Of a stretch of 64,000 bases of DNA, positions 50,993-64,000 are shown one piece after another. Under the pieces are notes generated by a model. That model searched no databases. It was not told the DNA's origin and saw nothing but the letters and a program-made list of their open reading frames with translations. The stretch is from positions 250,418,001 through 250,482,000 of the forward strand of contig NC_067403.1 of the NCBI RefSeq assembly GCF_016432865.1, in the 5' to 3' direction. The translations under genes and the position numbers were made by a program. The stretch is from Antechinus flavipes. Lineage: Eukaryota. The stretch's first letter is position 1, and every line of letters begins with the position of its first letter.

Positions 50993-51241
50993 GAGCAGCT
51001 AGGTAGCATTGTAAAGAGTGCTAGACCCGAAGTAAGGAAGACTCCATTTCATAAGTTCAAATCTGACCTCAGACACTTAATTGGAAATGTCATCCCGGGC
51101 AAGTCAATGTTGTGTGCCTCAGTTCCTTATCTGTAGAATGAACTGGAGAAGTATATGACAAACCAATTTAGTATCTTTGCTCAGAAAACCCCCAATGGAA
51201 TCATGGAGAATCAGGACTGAAAAAGTGATTTAACATCAACA
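50993..51241 (+). mobile_element. MAR1-type SINE (paralog at 59216-59463)
   Basis: gcagctaggtagc...gggcaagtca...gaactggagaag...cagaaaacccc...ggactgaaaaagtgatttaacatcaac. Confidence 0.8.
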
Positions 51242-52034
51242 GAGTATCCACTGTTGCTAGTATTATAGATATTGGCATTTTTTTTTAAATAAGAGAGAAA
51301 CTGCATTTAGAGTCAGAAATCTACTTTATTACTAATAGTCTTTGTTACTTTGTACAAAACAATGAATCAGTATGAACTCTTATTTACTATCCTATGGAAC
51401 AATAACCTAAGTAATATTAGGTTAAATTGTGTAATACTTGAATACTTTCAAACAGCATCCTGAATGTAACTTATGAAATATGCAATAAAAGTATATATTT
51501 CCCTCATCCTAATCTTTCATTCTCTTTCTATGAGATTTATAGATAGATAAATATAGACATAAGTATATATAGATATGATATTTATTTACATATATACTAA
51601 TGGATATATACAAACATATGTATTTATACATATACATATGCATGTATTTATATATGTATACATAAATATGTGATCATAAACATGTGTGTGTCTGTTTATG
51701 TGTGCACATGTTGACATGCATGAAATCCATTTCCACTCTTAATGGATATAGCCTTTATTATCTTTGTAGTGGTATTATTCATTTTCCTAATGTTCATCAT
51801 GTATAACTTCTTCTGGATATTCTATAGGGTTAAGTATTTAAAACTCTGCTCCAGAACTATTGGATGCAGCTCTGTCTTCAGCTAGTTTTGGCTTAAAATC
51901 TAGTGTAATTTTGCTTTTGTCCAGGCTTAAGTTTCTATCTAAATAAATATATTGATTCTTTCTCATTTTCAACACATTTTTACTGCTACTCATTGGGTTA
52001 TTTGTTTTTAGTTAAATTACAGCACAGCAGTAGG

Positions 52035-52991
52035 ATGGGCAACCTGTCAATCATCACAGAATTCCTCCTCATGGAGTTTTCCAGCACGCGTGAGCTGCAG
52101 GTCTTACACGCTGCGCTGTTCCTGCTGATTTACTTGGCAGCCCTCCTGGGGAATCTTCTCACCTGTGCTGCAATTATCACTGACCCTCACCTTCACTATC
52201 CTATGTATTTTTTCCTGAGTAATTTATCCTTTGTGGATATTGGCAACATCTCCGTTACGCTTCCTAAATTCATTGTGAATTCCTTGCATGGCGTTCAGTC
52301 CTTGTCCCTCCTGGGATGTGCTGCCCAGATGTTCTTCTTTCTCTTTTTTGCATCCACAGAGTTTGCTTTGCTTGTGGCCATGTCCTATGACCGCTTCGTG
52401 GCCATCTGCCAGCCCCTCCACTATAGCATCATCATGACCCCAGCACGTTGTCTCTGGACAGCAGCTGGCTCGTGGCTCAGTGGGCTTCTTTATTCAGCTG
52501 TACACACAGGGAACATATTCCGCCTGCCCTTCTCAGGATCCAATGTGATCCACCAGTTTTTCTGTGATGTCCCTCATGTTTTGCAAGTCTCAGCCTCTGA
52601 TGTGTTTAATACTGAGTTTGTATTAATTGTAGCAAGTTTGTGTCTTTTGCTTTTCAGCTTTGCCTTTTTAATTGCATCCTATGCTCGCATCTTCTCCAGT
52701 GTGCTCAAGATTCCTTCTGTGGAAGGACGCTACAAGGCCATTTCAACCTGTTCCCCTCAGTTAATGATTCTCATCTTATTTCTTGTGTCTGGAATGATTG
52801 CTGTCCTCAGGGATGCATCAGACACATCACCTGTCCAAAACCTTTTAGTTACAATGGCTTATACCACATTACCTCCCCTGCTGAACCCTCTCATATATAG
52901 CCTGAGGAATCAGAAGGTCACAGCTGCCATGGGCAAGATGATCAAAAGGATAGTTTTTCCCCACACTTCCTTAAAAATATTAAAAAATTGA
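52035..52991 (+). CDS. Olfactory receptor (OR14-like), intact, 318 aa (OR-4), close paralog of OR-3 and OR-5
   Basis: ATG at 52035. Same motifs. The 3' third is almost identical to OR-3. Confidence 0.96.
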   Translation: MGNLSIITEFLLMEFSSTRELQVLHAALFLLIYLAALLGNLLTCAAIITDPHLHYPMYFFLSNLSFVDIGNISVTLPKFIVNSLHGVQSLSLLGCAAQMFFFLFFASTEFALLVAMSYDRFVAICQPLHYSIIMTPARCLWTAAGSWLSGLLYSAVHTGNIFRLPFSGSNVIHQFFCDVPHVLQVSASDVFNTEFVLIVASLCLLLFSFAFLIASYARIFSSVLKIPSVEGRYKAISTCSPQLMILILFLVSGMIAVLRDASDTSPVQNLLVTMAYTTLPPLLNPLIYSLRNQKVTAAMGKMIKRIVFPHTSLKILKN

Positions 52992-53628
52992 AAAGCATAT
53001 ATTTAGGTTGTCAAATGTGCGAGGTGATACATTAGGTAATTTAGAAAAGACACCAGAAAACAGCATCATCTAGGAAAATGCCTCATTAGGGGAAATATTA
53101 CATTGGGCAGAATGAATCATTTATTTTAGCATAACTTGAACCAACTTGTAAATGATTATTAGCTATTGTGGAATAATCATGACACTAACCCATTGTCCCA
53201 ATCAATGGCAACATCGTCCTCAGAGGAATGGATGGAACACTCATGGATCCCCTGAGGGACCAGTAGATTAGCTTAACCAAAAGCAGCCATCAAGATGGTT
53301 GTGTTGCTTCTACCCTTGATATGAATCTTGTCTTGTCACTTCCATGTTTCCCTTTATCTTTATGATGATAATGATCTTCTCCTTCTTTGCATGTTGAAGA
53401 TGTATTCTTCATTCTAAATAAATATAGCCAGATAGGCACACATATACACTCATGTAAAATACATGTGTACATAAACACATACATTTGCATACACATGTGT
53501 GTTTGTGTGTGCATGCTCTAATTTTGTAGGTGGGAATTTAAACTTTTTGTTCCTTAATTTGCTCATTTGTAACATGATATTGTTGGCTTGATGATCTCTA
53601 TATTGCCTCCATCTAAAGTTTTTCGTTA

Positions 53629-54443
53629 TTGGGACATTGATGCATTGTTGGTGGAACTGTGAATACATCCAGCCATTCTGGAGAGCGATTTGGAACTATT
53701 CTCAAAAAGTTATCAAACTGTGCATACCCTTTGATGCAGCAGTGTTACTATTGGGATTATATCCCAAAGAGATTTTAAAGAAGGGAAAGGGGCCTGTATG
53801 TGCCAAAATGTTTGTGGCAGTCCTTTTTATAGTGGCCAGAAACTGGAAACAGAGTGGATGCCCATCAATTGGAGAATGGCTGAATAAATTGTGGTATATG
53901 AATATTATGGAATATTACTATTCTATAAGAAATGACCAGTGGGATGATTTCAGAAAGGCCTGGAGAGACTTGCATGAACTGATGCTGAGTGCAATGAGCA
54001 GCACCAGGAGATCATTATATACTTCAACAACAATACTATATGATGATCCATTCTGATGGACATGGTAATCTCCAGCAATGAGATGAACCAAATAAATTCC
54101 AATAGAGCAGTAATGAATTAAACCAGCTACACCCAGCGAAAGAACTCTGAGAGATGACTGTGAACCACTACATAGAATTCCCAATCCCTCTATTTTTGTC
54201 CACCTGCATTTTTGATTTCCTTCACAGGTTAATTGTATACTATTTCAAAGTCCGACTCTTTTTGTACAGCGAAATAACTGTATGGACATGTATACATATA
54301 TTGTATTGAACTTATGTTTTAACATATTTTACATGTATCGGTCAATCTGCCATCAAGGGGAGGGGGCAGGGGGAAGGAGGGGAAAAATTGGAACAAAAGG
54401 TTTTGCAATTATTAATGCTGAAAAATTACCCATGCATATATCT
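53629..54443 (+). mobile_element. Same L1 insertion duplicated with the segment, copy 2
   Basis: Same position relative to the OR stop and same truncation point as copy 1. ORF 53637-54056. Confidence 0.9.
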
Positions 54444-57400
54444 TTTTTTCATAATCACAAATATAAACACTATATTAAATTGCTTATCATCTTAGGGAGA
54501 GGTTATGGATAAGAGGGAGGAAGAGAACTGGGAACTCCTGTGACATCAAGTTGTCCTCACATCTAGCTCTCTGGGAAAGGCAAAGTTAGATGGAATATTT
54601 GGAACTACAAGTAGTGACAGAGTTAAATGTATTAATACTTTAAAAATTTTGGATTGTTTTATTTATTAATTTATAAAACGAGATACTAATGAGATGTTGT
54701 TATTCAGTCATTTTCCAATATGATCATATGAAAAGAATTTCTAGATCATGATTAGAGAAATGAAATTAAAACCCCCAAACTCTGAGGAACCATATCATGT
54801 TTACATGATAGAAAGGCAAAGTTACAAATGCAGGAAGGGATATGGAAAAATAGAGATACTAATGTACTTAGATACTAATTAGTACTAATGTACTAATGTA
54901 GCGATACTAATGGTTGAGTTGCAAAAAATAGGTTCATATTACCATTTCTCAAAAAGGAAGAAAAATAAGAAAATAATAATTTATTTCAATTTGCACTTAA
55001 GAGATCATAATTTCTTTCTTTGGAGGTAGATAGCAAGATATCATGAATTCATTTAAAATCATCTTGGATCATTTCATTGATGAAAGTAATAAGTCTTTCA
55101 CAATTATCATTGAATATTGCTTTTACCATGGACAGTCATTCTATGGTTTAGCTGACTTCACTTTGGAGCAGTTCGTAGAAATTTTTCCATGGTTTTCTGA
55201 AACCTCTCCCTTCATCATTTCTCTTAGCACCATAGTCTCCATCGCAGTCATATGCATAGCTTGTTGTCATTCCTCAATTGATGGGCATCCCCTCAATTTC
55301 CAATTCTTTACCAGAATAAAAGGGCATCTAAAATATTTTTGTACACATAAGTCCTTCTCCTTTTCCTTTGGTCTCTTTGGTGTACCTACCTAAAAAAGGA
55401 ATGTTTAATACAATTTTAAAAGTAAATTGGGAATTCTGAATAGAGGAATTAAACATTTGAAGATAATTCTTTATGAAATCAAGTTATCCTGTGAGTTTGA
55501 CTTAACTATACTAGTCACATCTTGTTATTAGTCTCTACTCCTCTAATTGGAGGGCAAAATCATGACCTGTAAAAGTTGCCAATAATGGGGCAATCCAACA
55601 CAGTCTTTTCAGTTCCTACTAGATACACTGTCTTTGCACTTCTTCTTCATACCCTTGTTCTATGTTCTGTCCACCTTCCTTCCTCCCCTAATTTCCTGCA
55701 CACTTAACAGTGTACCTGGCATATAATAGGCATTCAATAAATATTTATTGACTATTGGCTAAGACCTTCATGGGCTGAGACACTCCCAGTAGCCTATATT
55801 GTATGACTGATATTTTAATGAGGCTAAAGAGAGAACGTTTTTCATTATGTTGCTTAAAATAGATTCTATTTTATTTAATTATTCTCAAGAGATGGGTCAG
55901 ATAATCCTTAGTATACCAGAATATGATGATGTTTTCATTGAATACTCTGGTGATTTCTCAGCACCTTCTCTAAAAGACAGTAGGCAATCAATATATTCCA
56001 CCAAATTCCACGACTTATGAATCATCAAAATCTCCACAATGCTTGCATGTTAACAGATTTAGAGTTGAACACCTTGCCATGTTTTTGAGTTTTCAAATGC
56101 GAGTAGAATGAATTGGTGAGGGAAGTGATGTTTTTGAGATTATTTTTAGAAATATAGGTAAATAATCCAGTGTCAATGGCAACATATGCTGTAACATATG
56201 CACATCAGAACAAGTAACACAGGTACTGTCAATTTTATGGGGGTTATAATTATTTTTCTTTGGACTACCTTGTTTCCTCAGTGCTTAATGTATGAACTTA
56301 AAATCATGGAGATGATCTCTGAGTGATTCTTTTGTGTACAAGTCATTTGATATCACAGTGTGGATATCAAAATGTTGGGTTGGAATTAAGACCTTAGCCT
56401 AAATTCTGTTTCTGACTCTTCTGATCTGTGTAATCTTTTTGACTTTCCTTTGAGATATACTTCTATGTATCAGTTATACATGCTTATTAGTATTAAACAT
56501 AGTCTCTGGGACATAGTAGGCACTTCATAAGTGCTTACTAAATTATTGTAACTTGTTTATGCTTAAGCCTCAGTCTCTCTGAGGCTTGCATTGCTGCATT
56601 GCTGTAACATGTGCACAGTATTATCTTTGTAGCTCACAGAATCATGTTGAATCTCATCAGAGATGACAGCTATCTATATAAAACATCCTTTGTGAATATC
56701 AAAAGTCCCATGAAGATATGTTATAATTATCATTCTTATCTATGCTCATAGACCCCAGTCCTACCTTCTATTTTCTGCAAAATTGTAATACTGACCACAA
56801 GGAGTGTTGGGCAAGAGGGACAATTTCTTGCTGCACTTTATCGGTAGCTTAATCTTTATGATAGAGTACTCCAAAAATGACTGGAGCACTGTATTACTGT
56901 GTCAGTTCTAACCACCTCTCTGCTTCCTCCATCTTCTCATCTTTAACTTAATTTTTGTTGGAGAAAAGATTGTCTGTACTTTTGAATAAATCCACTGGAG
57001 TGAGTGCTTAATCTGGAAGTAGAAGGCAGTTATTCAATCTTGAGTTTTTTATTTAAAATTGGGAAACAGAGTCAATCACCTTTGTAAATAAAGTACTTGA
57101 ACAATTGATCTCTAAGCTTCCTTCTACTTTTGAGTTTTGGCTTCTGTGATCATGTTTGAAAGAGACATTCAGATAAAGAGGATCTCAGCAATCAGTGGCT
57201 CTTTCCAGTGGAGGTCACTTTTGAATGATTTGAAGCAGATGTAAGCTAGTAGATCTCCTAATTTCTTCTAATTGGAAAATGAACATTTATGTGTGTAGGA
57301 AATAAAGCAAGCCTTGCTTATTTGTCAGTGAAAATTAAAAGTAGGAGACTGACGATATAAACTGGAATCATCTACATTTGTATTGTATCATATTGTTTTC

Positions 57401-57486
57401 TGAGAATTGTAGGGCTCTAACATCTTTCTCAGTTTTGGTTATAGAGGGGTAAAGAGAAACCTGGAGTACAACAATACATATTTATG

Positions 57487-57640
57487 NNNNNNNNNNNNNN
57501 NNNNNNNNNNNNNNNNNNNNNNNNNNNNNNNNNNNNNNNNNNNNNNNNNNNNNNNNNNNNNNNNNNNNNNNNNNNNNNNNNNNNNNNNNNNNNNNNNNNN
57601 NNNNNNNNNNNNNNNNNNNNNNNNNNNNNNNNNNNNNNNN
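57487..57640. other. Assembly gap (154 N)
   Basis: Run of N. Paralogous position contains a TA-rich tract. Confidence 1.
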
Positions 57641-59138
57641 NAAGTCATTAAGGGTACTGAACTTTGGCAATGCCTTTCAAATAGTTGAATTATGAGACTA
57701 AATGATAAGCTATTTGGAAGGTTGGAGAATTAATTCTAATGTTGATATGGCAATTCAGTTTTGTGGGAAGTTGGAAAAGACACTGAGGTTTAGAAGAATA
57801 TTTCTAAGTGGAAGGAAAATACAGATCTGTGTATCTATGTATTTATATAGCTATCTATCCATCCATCCATCCATTCATTTATCCATCCATCTTTTCATCT
57901 ATCTATTAATCACTGTTCATCATCTCATTATGTCTATATTGATCATCTCTATATATACATATATGCGTGTATATACACTATGTCATCTACATAAAAATAC
58001 ATACAATATATATATTTATACATGTGTTTATATAGATATATACATATATGTATTTCTGCATATACTTCCCACAATATCTCTGACTGTTTATAGCATCCAT
58101 CTATATACTCATATATTTCTCTATCATCTATCTCAAAACATGTATCTGTATATCAATAGATCTATTTCTGTCTCTACTTCCTATCTCTCTCTCTCTATCC
58201 TTATCACCTCCATTTCTACCTGTACCTCTATCTCTGTCTTGCCCATTTATATTAGCAGACATAGTTTTCTCTTCAGCATGTCCCTGTAGAAATATAATCA
58301 CAGCACCATTCCTAATTCTTTTTCAGTCATTTTTTCAAAGCTATATTACCTGTTGCTAATATATGATATAATATAATATAATCCCATAATTAGCTATTAA
58401 TTCATCCATATAGTAGCTGACCTGGATAGATTCCTTTTACATAAGCAGAAATAGTAGGCAGAAATTATAGCAATCATAAAAGTTGACTTTGGTAGGGGCA
58501 ATGCAGATTATATTGTTCAAAGCACTAATTAATAGATGCTCTACCTAATGCCAAAAGGGAGAGATGAAAAGGGAACATTAAGGGTGAAATGGCTAGGAAC
58601 GGGTAAAAATCAACTCTAAAAATCAGATCTCTTGAACTCCCACTTCTATCATCTGTGCATTAAACCAGATGAAAGAGCATCCTAGTCTATTTTTTTTTCT
58701 GACTTGGGGAAAGATGCCTTTCTGTAAAAGAGATGAACCTTATCCAATTTATTTACAGAGAAGATACTCATTGAGTGACGATAAAAAGGTAATTTATTGG
58801 TGGGGTTTTTTACCCTGAAGAACAAAAAAAGTTTCTGCCAGCCATTTAAATTTGGGGGCAGAAATGGGACATCTGTTGCCTTTCTAAAAGCAAAGTCATA
58901 ATTGTGGACAGTCTTAGCAAGAAGGAGGAGTACATTGGAATAGTAAAATGTTGATCAATTGCTTACTTTTAAATTTGGAATCAGAGATTTTGAAATACCT
59001 GGAAAGTGCTTAAAGGAGTAAACCCCAGAGATGAATTTAGCAAAGAAAACAAATAAAAATATGAAGAATATTTTTAAGTGATAACATTTCCACTCTTTCA
59101 CATTTTTTTTTAGTTTAAGCCTATGATGTAAATTTTAA

Positions 59139-59187
<49 letters not shown>

Positions 59188-60256
59188 TGTATTTTGAATA
59201 TGGGAGAAAATAATTGAGCAGCTAGGTAGCATTGTAAAGAGTGCTAGACCTGAAGTAAGGAAGACTCCATTTCATGAGTTCAAATCTGACCTCAGACACT
59301 TAATTGGCAATGTTATCCCGGGCAAGTCAATGTTGTGTGCCTCAGTTCCTTATCTCTAAAATGAACTGGAGAAGTATATGGCAAAACAATCTAGTATCTT
59401 TGCTCAGAAAACCCCATATGGAATCATGGAGAATCAGGACTGAAAAAGTGATTTAACATCAACAGAGTATTCACTGTTGCTAGTATTATAGATATTGGCA
59501 TTTTTTTTAAATAAGAGAGAAACTGCACTTAGGGTCAGAAATCTACTTTGTTACTAATAGTCTTTGTTACTTTGTACAAAACAATGAATCAGCATGAACT
59601 CTTATTTACTATCCTATGAAATAATAACCTAAGTAATATTAGGTTAAATTGTGTAATACGTGAATATTTTCAAATAGCATCCTGAATGTAACTTATGAAA
59701 TATGCAATAAAAGTATATATTTCCCTCATCCTAATCTTTCATTCTCTTTCTATGAGATTTATAGATAGATAAATATAGACATAAGTATATATAGATATGA
59801 CATTTATTTACATATATACCAATGGATATATACAAGTATATGTATTTATACATGTACATATGTATGTATTTATATATGTACACATAAATATGTGTTTATA
59901 AACATATGTGTCTCTGTTTATAGGTACACATGTTGACATGCATGAAATCCATTTCCACTCTTAATGGGGATAGCCTTTATTATCTTTGTAGTGGTATTAT
60001 TCACTTTCCTAATGTTCATCATGTATAACTTCTTCTGGATATTCTACAGGGTTAAGTATTTAAAACTCTGCTCCAGAACTATTGGATGCAGCTCTGTCTT
60101 CAGCTAGTTTTGGCTTAAAATATAGTGTAATTTTGCTTTTGTTCAGGCTTAAGATTCTATCTAAATAAATATTTTGATTCTTTCTCATTTTCAACACATT
60201 TTTACTGCTACTCATTGGGTTATTTATTTTCAGTTAAATTACAGCACTGCAGCAGG

Positions 60257-61210
60257 ATGGGCAACTTGTCAATCATCACAGAATTCCTCCTCATGGAGTT
60301 TTCCAGCACACGGGAGCTGCAGGTCTTACACGCTGCGCTGTTCCTGCTGATTTACCTGGCAGCCCTCCTGGGGAATCTTCTCACCTGTGCTGCAATTATC
60401 ACTGACCCTCACCTTCACTGCCCAATGTATTTTTTCCTGAGTAATTTATCCCTGCTGGATATTGGAACCATCTCCGTCACGCTTCCTAAATTCATTGTGA
60501 ATTCCTTATGTGGCGTTCAGTCCCTGTCCCTCCTGGGATGTGCTGCCCAGATGTTCTTCTTTCTCTTTTTTGCAGCTACAGAGTTTGCTTTGCTTGTGGC
60601 CATGTCCTATGACCGCTTTGTGGCCATCTGCCAGCCCCTCCACTATGGGATCATCATGACTCCAGCACGTTGTCTCTGGGCAGCAGCTGGCTCGTGGCTC
60701 AGCGGGCTCCTTTATTCAGCTGTACACACAGGGAACATGTTCCGTCTGCCCTTCTCAGGATCCAATGTGATCCACCAGTTTTTCTGTGACATCCCTCATG
60801 TCTTGAAAGTCTCAGCCTCTGATGTGTTTAACACTGAGTTTATATTAATTGTAGTAAGTTTGTGCTGTTTGTCATGCTGCGTTGCCTTTTTAATTGCATC
60901 CTATGCTCGCATCTTCTCCAGTGTGCTCAAGATTCCTTCTGTGGAAGGGCGCTACAAGGCCATTTCCACATGTTCCCCTCAATTGATAATCCTCATGCTA
61001 TTTCTCATTTCTATAATGATTGCTGTTCTCAAGGAAACATCAGACACATCACCTGTCCAAAACCTTTTAGTTGCAATGGCTTATACAACAATACCTCCCC
61101 TGCTGAACCCTCTCATCTATAGTCTGAGGAACCAGAAGGTCACAGCTGCCATGGGCAAGATGATCAAAAGGATATTTCCCCACACTTCCTTGAAAATATT
61201 AAAAAGTTGA
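60257..61210 (+). CDS. Olfactory receptor (OR14-like), intact, 317 aa (OR-5)
   Basis: ATG at 60257. Same motifs. One codon shorter near the C-terminus (RIFPH vs RIVFPH/Y). Confidence 0.96.
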   Translation: MGNLSIITEFLLMEFSSTRELQVLHAALFLLIYLAALLGNLLTCAAIITDPHLHCPMYFFLSNLSLLDIGTISVTLPKFIVNSLCGVQSLSLLGCAAQMFFFLFFAATEFALLVAMSYDRFVAICQPLHYGIIMTPARCLWAAAGSWLSGLLYSAVHTGNMFRLPFSGSNVIHQFFCDIPHVLKVSASDVFNTEFILIVVSLCCLSCCVAFLIASYARIFSSVLKIPSVEGRYKAISTCSPQLIILMLFLISIMIAVLKETSDTSPVQNLLVAMAYTTIPPLLNPLIYSLRNQKVTAAMGKMIKRIFPHTSLKILKS

Positions 61211-62344
61211 AAAGCATACATTTAGGTTGTCAAATGTGCAAGGTGACACATTAGGTAATGTAGAAAAGACACCAGAAAACAGCATCATCTAGGAAAATGC
61301 CTCATTAGGGGAAATATTACATTGGGCAGAAGGAATCAATCATTTATTTTAGCATAATTTGAACCAACTTGTAAGTGCTTATTGGCTATAGTGGAATAAT
61401 CATGACACTAACCCATTGGCTCTGGGCAACATTGTCCTCAGAGGAATGGATGGAACACTCATTGATCCCCTGAGGGACCAGTAGATTAGCTTAACCAAAA
61501 GCAGCCATCAAGATGGTTGTGTTGTTTCTACTCTCGATATGAATCTTGTCTTGTCACTTCCATTTCATGTTTTTGTTTCCCTTTATCTTTATGATGGTAA
61601 CAATCATCTCCTTCTTTGCATGTTGAAGATGTATTCCTCATTCCCAACAGATATAGCCAGATAGGCACACATACATATACATACACATTCATGTAAAAGG
61701 CATGTGCACATCAACACACACATTTGCATGCACATGTGTGTTTGCCTGCTCTAGTTTTCTGGTTGGGAATTTAAATTTTTTCTTCCTTAATTTGCTTATT
61801 TGTAACATGGCATACTTGACTTGATGATCTTTATATTGCCTCCATCTACAGTTTTTAGTTATGATTTTGCAAAAAAATTTTCCTTATACATTAAGCTGGG
61901 ATTAATATTCGATACATGTAACATTATACGTTATGTGTCTTTCCCCCTCATGTTCTTATTGTATTTAATTTTCTACTGACAAATAAAATTCCTTATCTCC
62001 TCTGGTAGATTCTCTGTTCACTTTCCAATAGCATATATCCAGGGCAAGTGATCCCAATATTGGTTTCCTTGAAGTGATCATGTGTATGAAATTACTATTG
62101 TATAAAATATGCTGATTGGCTTCTAGTTCATGGAGTATGTCCAGTCTGAAGTTGAAAAATACAAACAACTCAGGGATTAATTATTTAGGCTAATTAGGAC
62201 TTAGTTAAATTCCTTGGTGACAAAGATATTTTCATTTTTGTCTTTATATACTTAGCACTTTTTTTTAGCTAGAATAGGTGTTTCATAAATTATTGTATAT
62301 TAATTTCAAATTTCTTGAGAACTGAAGCCTTCTTCTATTTAACT

Positions 62345-62670
62345 TTATATATATGCACAGACACACAGACACACGGACACACACACACACAGATTACTAC
62401 CACCTAACATAACATTTATTTCATGGGAGACCATTGATGAAAACTTGACTAATTGGAGAAGAGAGAAATAGAAAGGTGGGAGAAGAGATGGGGGGAGAGA
62501 CAGAGAGAGAGAGAGGGACAAGTGAAAAGAAGAAGAGAGGGACAGAGGGAGAGAGGAACAGAGGTAGAGGGAGAAGGAGAGAGGCACAGAGGGAGAGAGG
62601 AACAGAGGAAGAGGAAAGGGAGAGGGAGATTGAGATTGTAGTACGAATTATTATTATTATTGTTATTATG
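62345..62670. repeat. Compound (AC)n, degenerate (GA)n and (ATT)n low-complexity tract
   Basis: Seen directly. Confidence 0.85.
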
Positions 62671-62939
62671 ATTAAATGATCATGAGTTAGATGGCAAAGT
62701 AAAGGTAAGGATTCCATTAGCTCTCCTAAATTCCCCTCCAAACAACTTTAAAGTGATGCATAAAATCTGAATCTACAATGGTATAAACAACAAAAATTTG
62801 GAGTAAAGAATTTTCCAGCCTGAGGCTGGAGAGAAGATTTGCCGGAAAGATATGTCTCACAAGGGTGATGGGTTAGGCTTGCAGTACAATTTGGAAGTCA
62901 AACAGTGGGCCATGGGACTGGCTATTTTCTTTCTAGGTT

Positions 62940-64000
62940 TGGGGACAAAAACTCACTATTTAGCAAAACATGCTGGGAAAACTAGAATGTATTTTTGCAA
63001 GATAATAGTATAGAACAACATCTTACATCATCTATCAAGATAAAGTGAAAGTAGGTACCTGATTTTTTTTCATAAAGATAATACCATAAGCCAATTATAG
63101 GAACATGGAACATGGAATATTTTACTTTTCAATCTTTGAAGAAGTGAAGAACTTATGACCAAACCAGAGATATATGAATTCATGAAATTCAAAATGGACA
63201 AATTTAGATTATATGAAATTAAGACAATTTTTTGCACAAACAAAACAAATGCAACTAAGATAATGAGGAAAACAGAGACATGGAAAATAATTTTTACAAC
63301 TGGTGTTTCTGTAAAAGGCCTCATTTCTAAAATATATAATGTGGTGAATCAAATTGATAAGAATACAAATCCTTCCCTCCATTAGTAAATAGTGAAAGAT
63401 GTGAACAGACAGTTTTCACATGAAGAATTTAAAGCTATTAATAATCATATGACTAATGCTCTAAATCACCATTGATTAGAAAGATGCAAATTAAAACAAC
63501 TCTGTGGTACCACTTAACACCTCATAGATTGACTTATGATAAAAAAAGGAAAATGCTAACATTTGAATGAGTTTCGAAAAAAAAAAAAAACTAATTCAGT
63601 GTTAACTGTGAACTGATGTGACTATTTTGAAGAACAATTTGGAAGTATACCCAAAGAGTTATAAAACTCTGCATACCCTTTAATCTTCTCTTATCACAAC
63701 CTTGATCTATATGCCAAATATATTTTTAAAATGAGGGAGGGGAAGGACTTATTTGTATAAAAATATTTGTGGTGTTGGCAAAAAATTGGAAATGCCCATC
63801 AATAGGGGAATGACTTAACAAGTTGTGGTATAAAATTGTAAAAGAAAAATAATGAGTAGGATAATCTTAGAAAAACCTGGAAATATTTACATGAACTAAT
63901 ACAAAGTTAAGTGAACAAACCATGAAAACATTGGACACACCATCAGGAATAATATAACATGATCAACTATATTATGTTCAACAATACAATGCTCCAAGAA
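62940..64000 (+). mobile_element. Degraded L1 ORF2 3' region
   Basis: gattagaaagatgcaaattaaaacaactctgtggtaccac and aaatgcccatcaataggggaatgacttaacaagttgtggta motifs. Confidence 0.75.

Larger units (their letters stand above)
42400..61862 (+). repeat. Tandem segmental duplication of OR gene plus spacer: ATG-to-ATG units 42610-52034 (9425 bp) and 52035-60256 (8222 bp), partial third copy to about 61862
   Basis: Long colinear near-identity by eye: 43567-45417 with 52992-54921, 46812-52034 with 54922-60256, and the OR 3' flank again at 61211-61862. Confidence 0.95.

Overview
Eukaryotic, AT-rich, CpG-depleted and repeat-rich DNA from a marsupial, most likely a dasyurid such as the Tasmanian devil. 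This is inferred from WSINE1/MAR1-type CORE-SINEs and dasyurid-type L1 tails. The left end holds a multi-exon MS4A (CD20-like, four-TM) gene on the minus strand that the ORF track misses. I reconstructed it from five phase-0 GT-AG exons between 10359 and 661. The rest is a cluster of five plus-strand class II olfactory receptor genes resembling family 14. Four are intact and one has a single 1-bp frameshift. All five lack both cysteines of the OR-specific second ECL2 disulfide, and four have Gln in place of the conserved TM6 His. The last three ORs lie in a recent tandem segmental duplication (units of about 9.4 and 8.2 kb), and the middle gene looks chimeric. Notable mobile DNA includes a hAT MITE with perfect 16-bp TIRs (OC1-like), a 3'-truncated ORF1-only L1 with a 16-bp TSD, and a solo LTR nested in another LTR. 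There are two 154-N gaps. All alignments and translations were done by eye, and repeat family names are by recognition, not database search.
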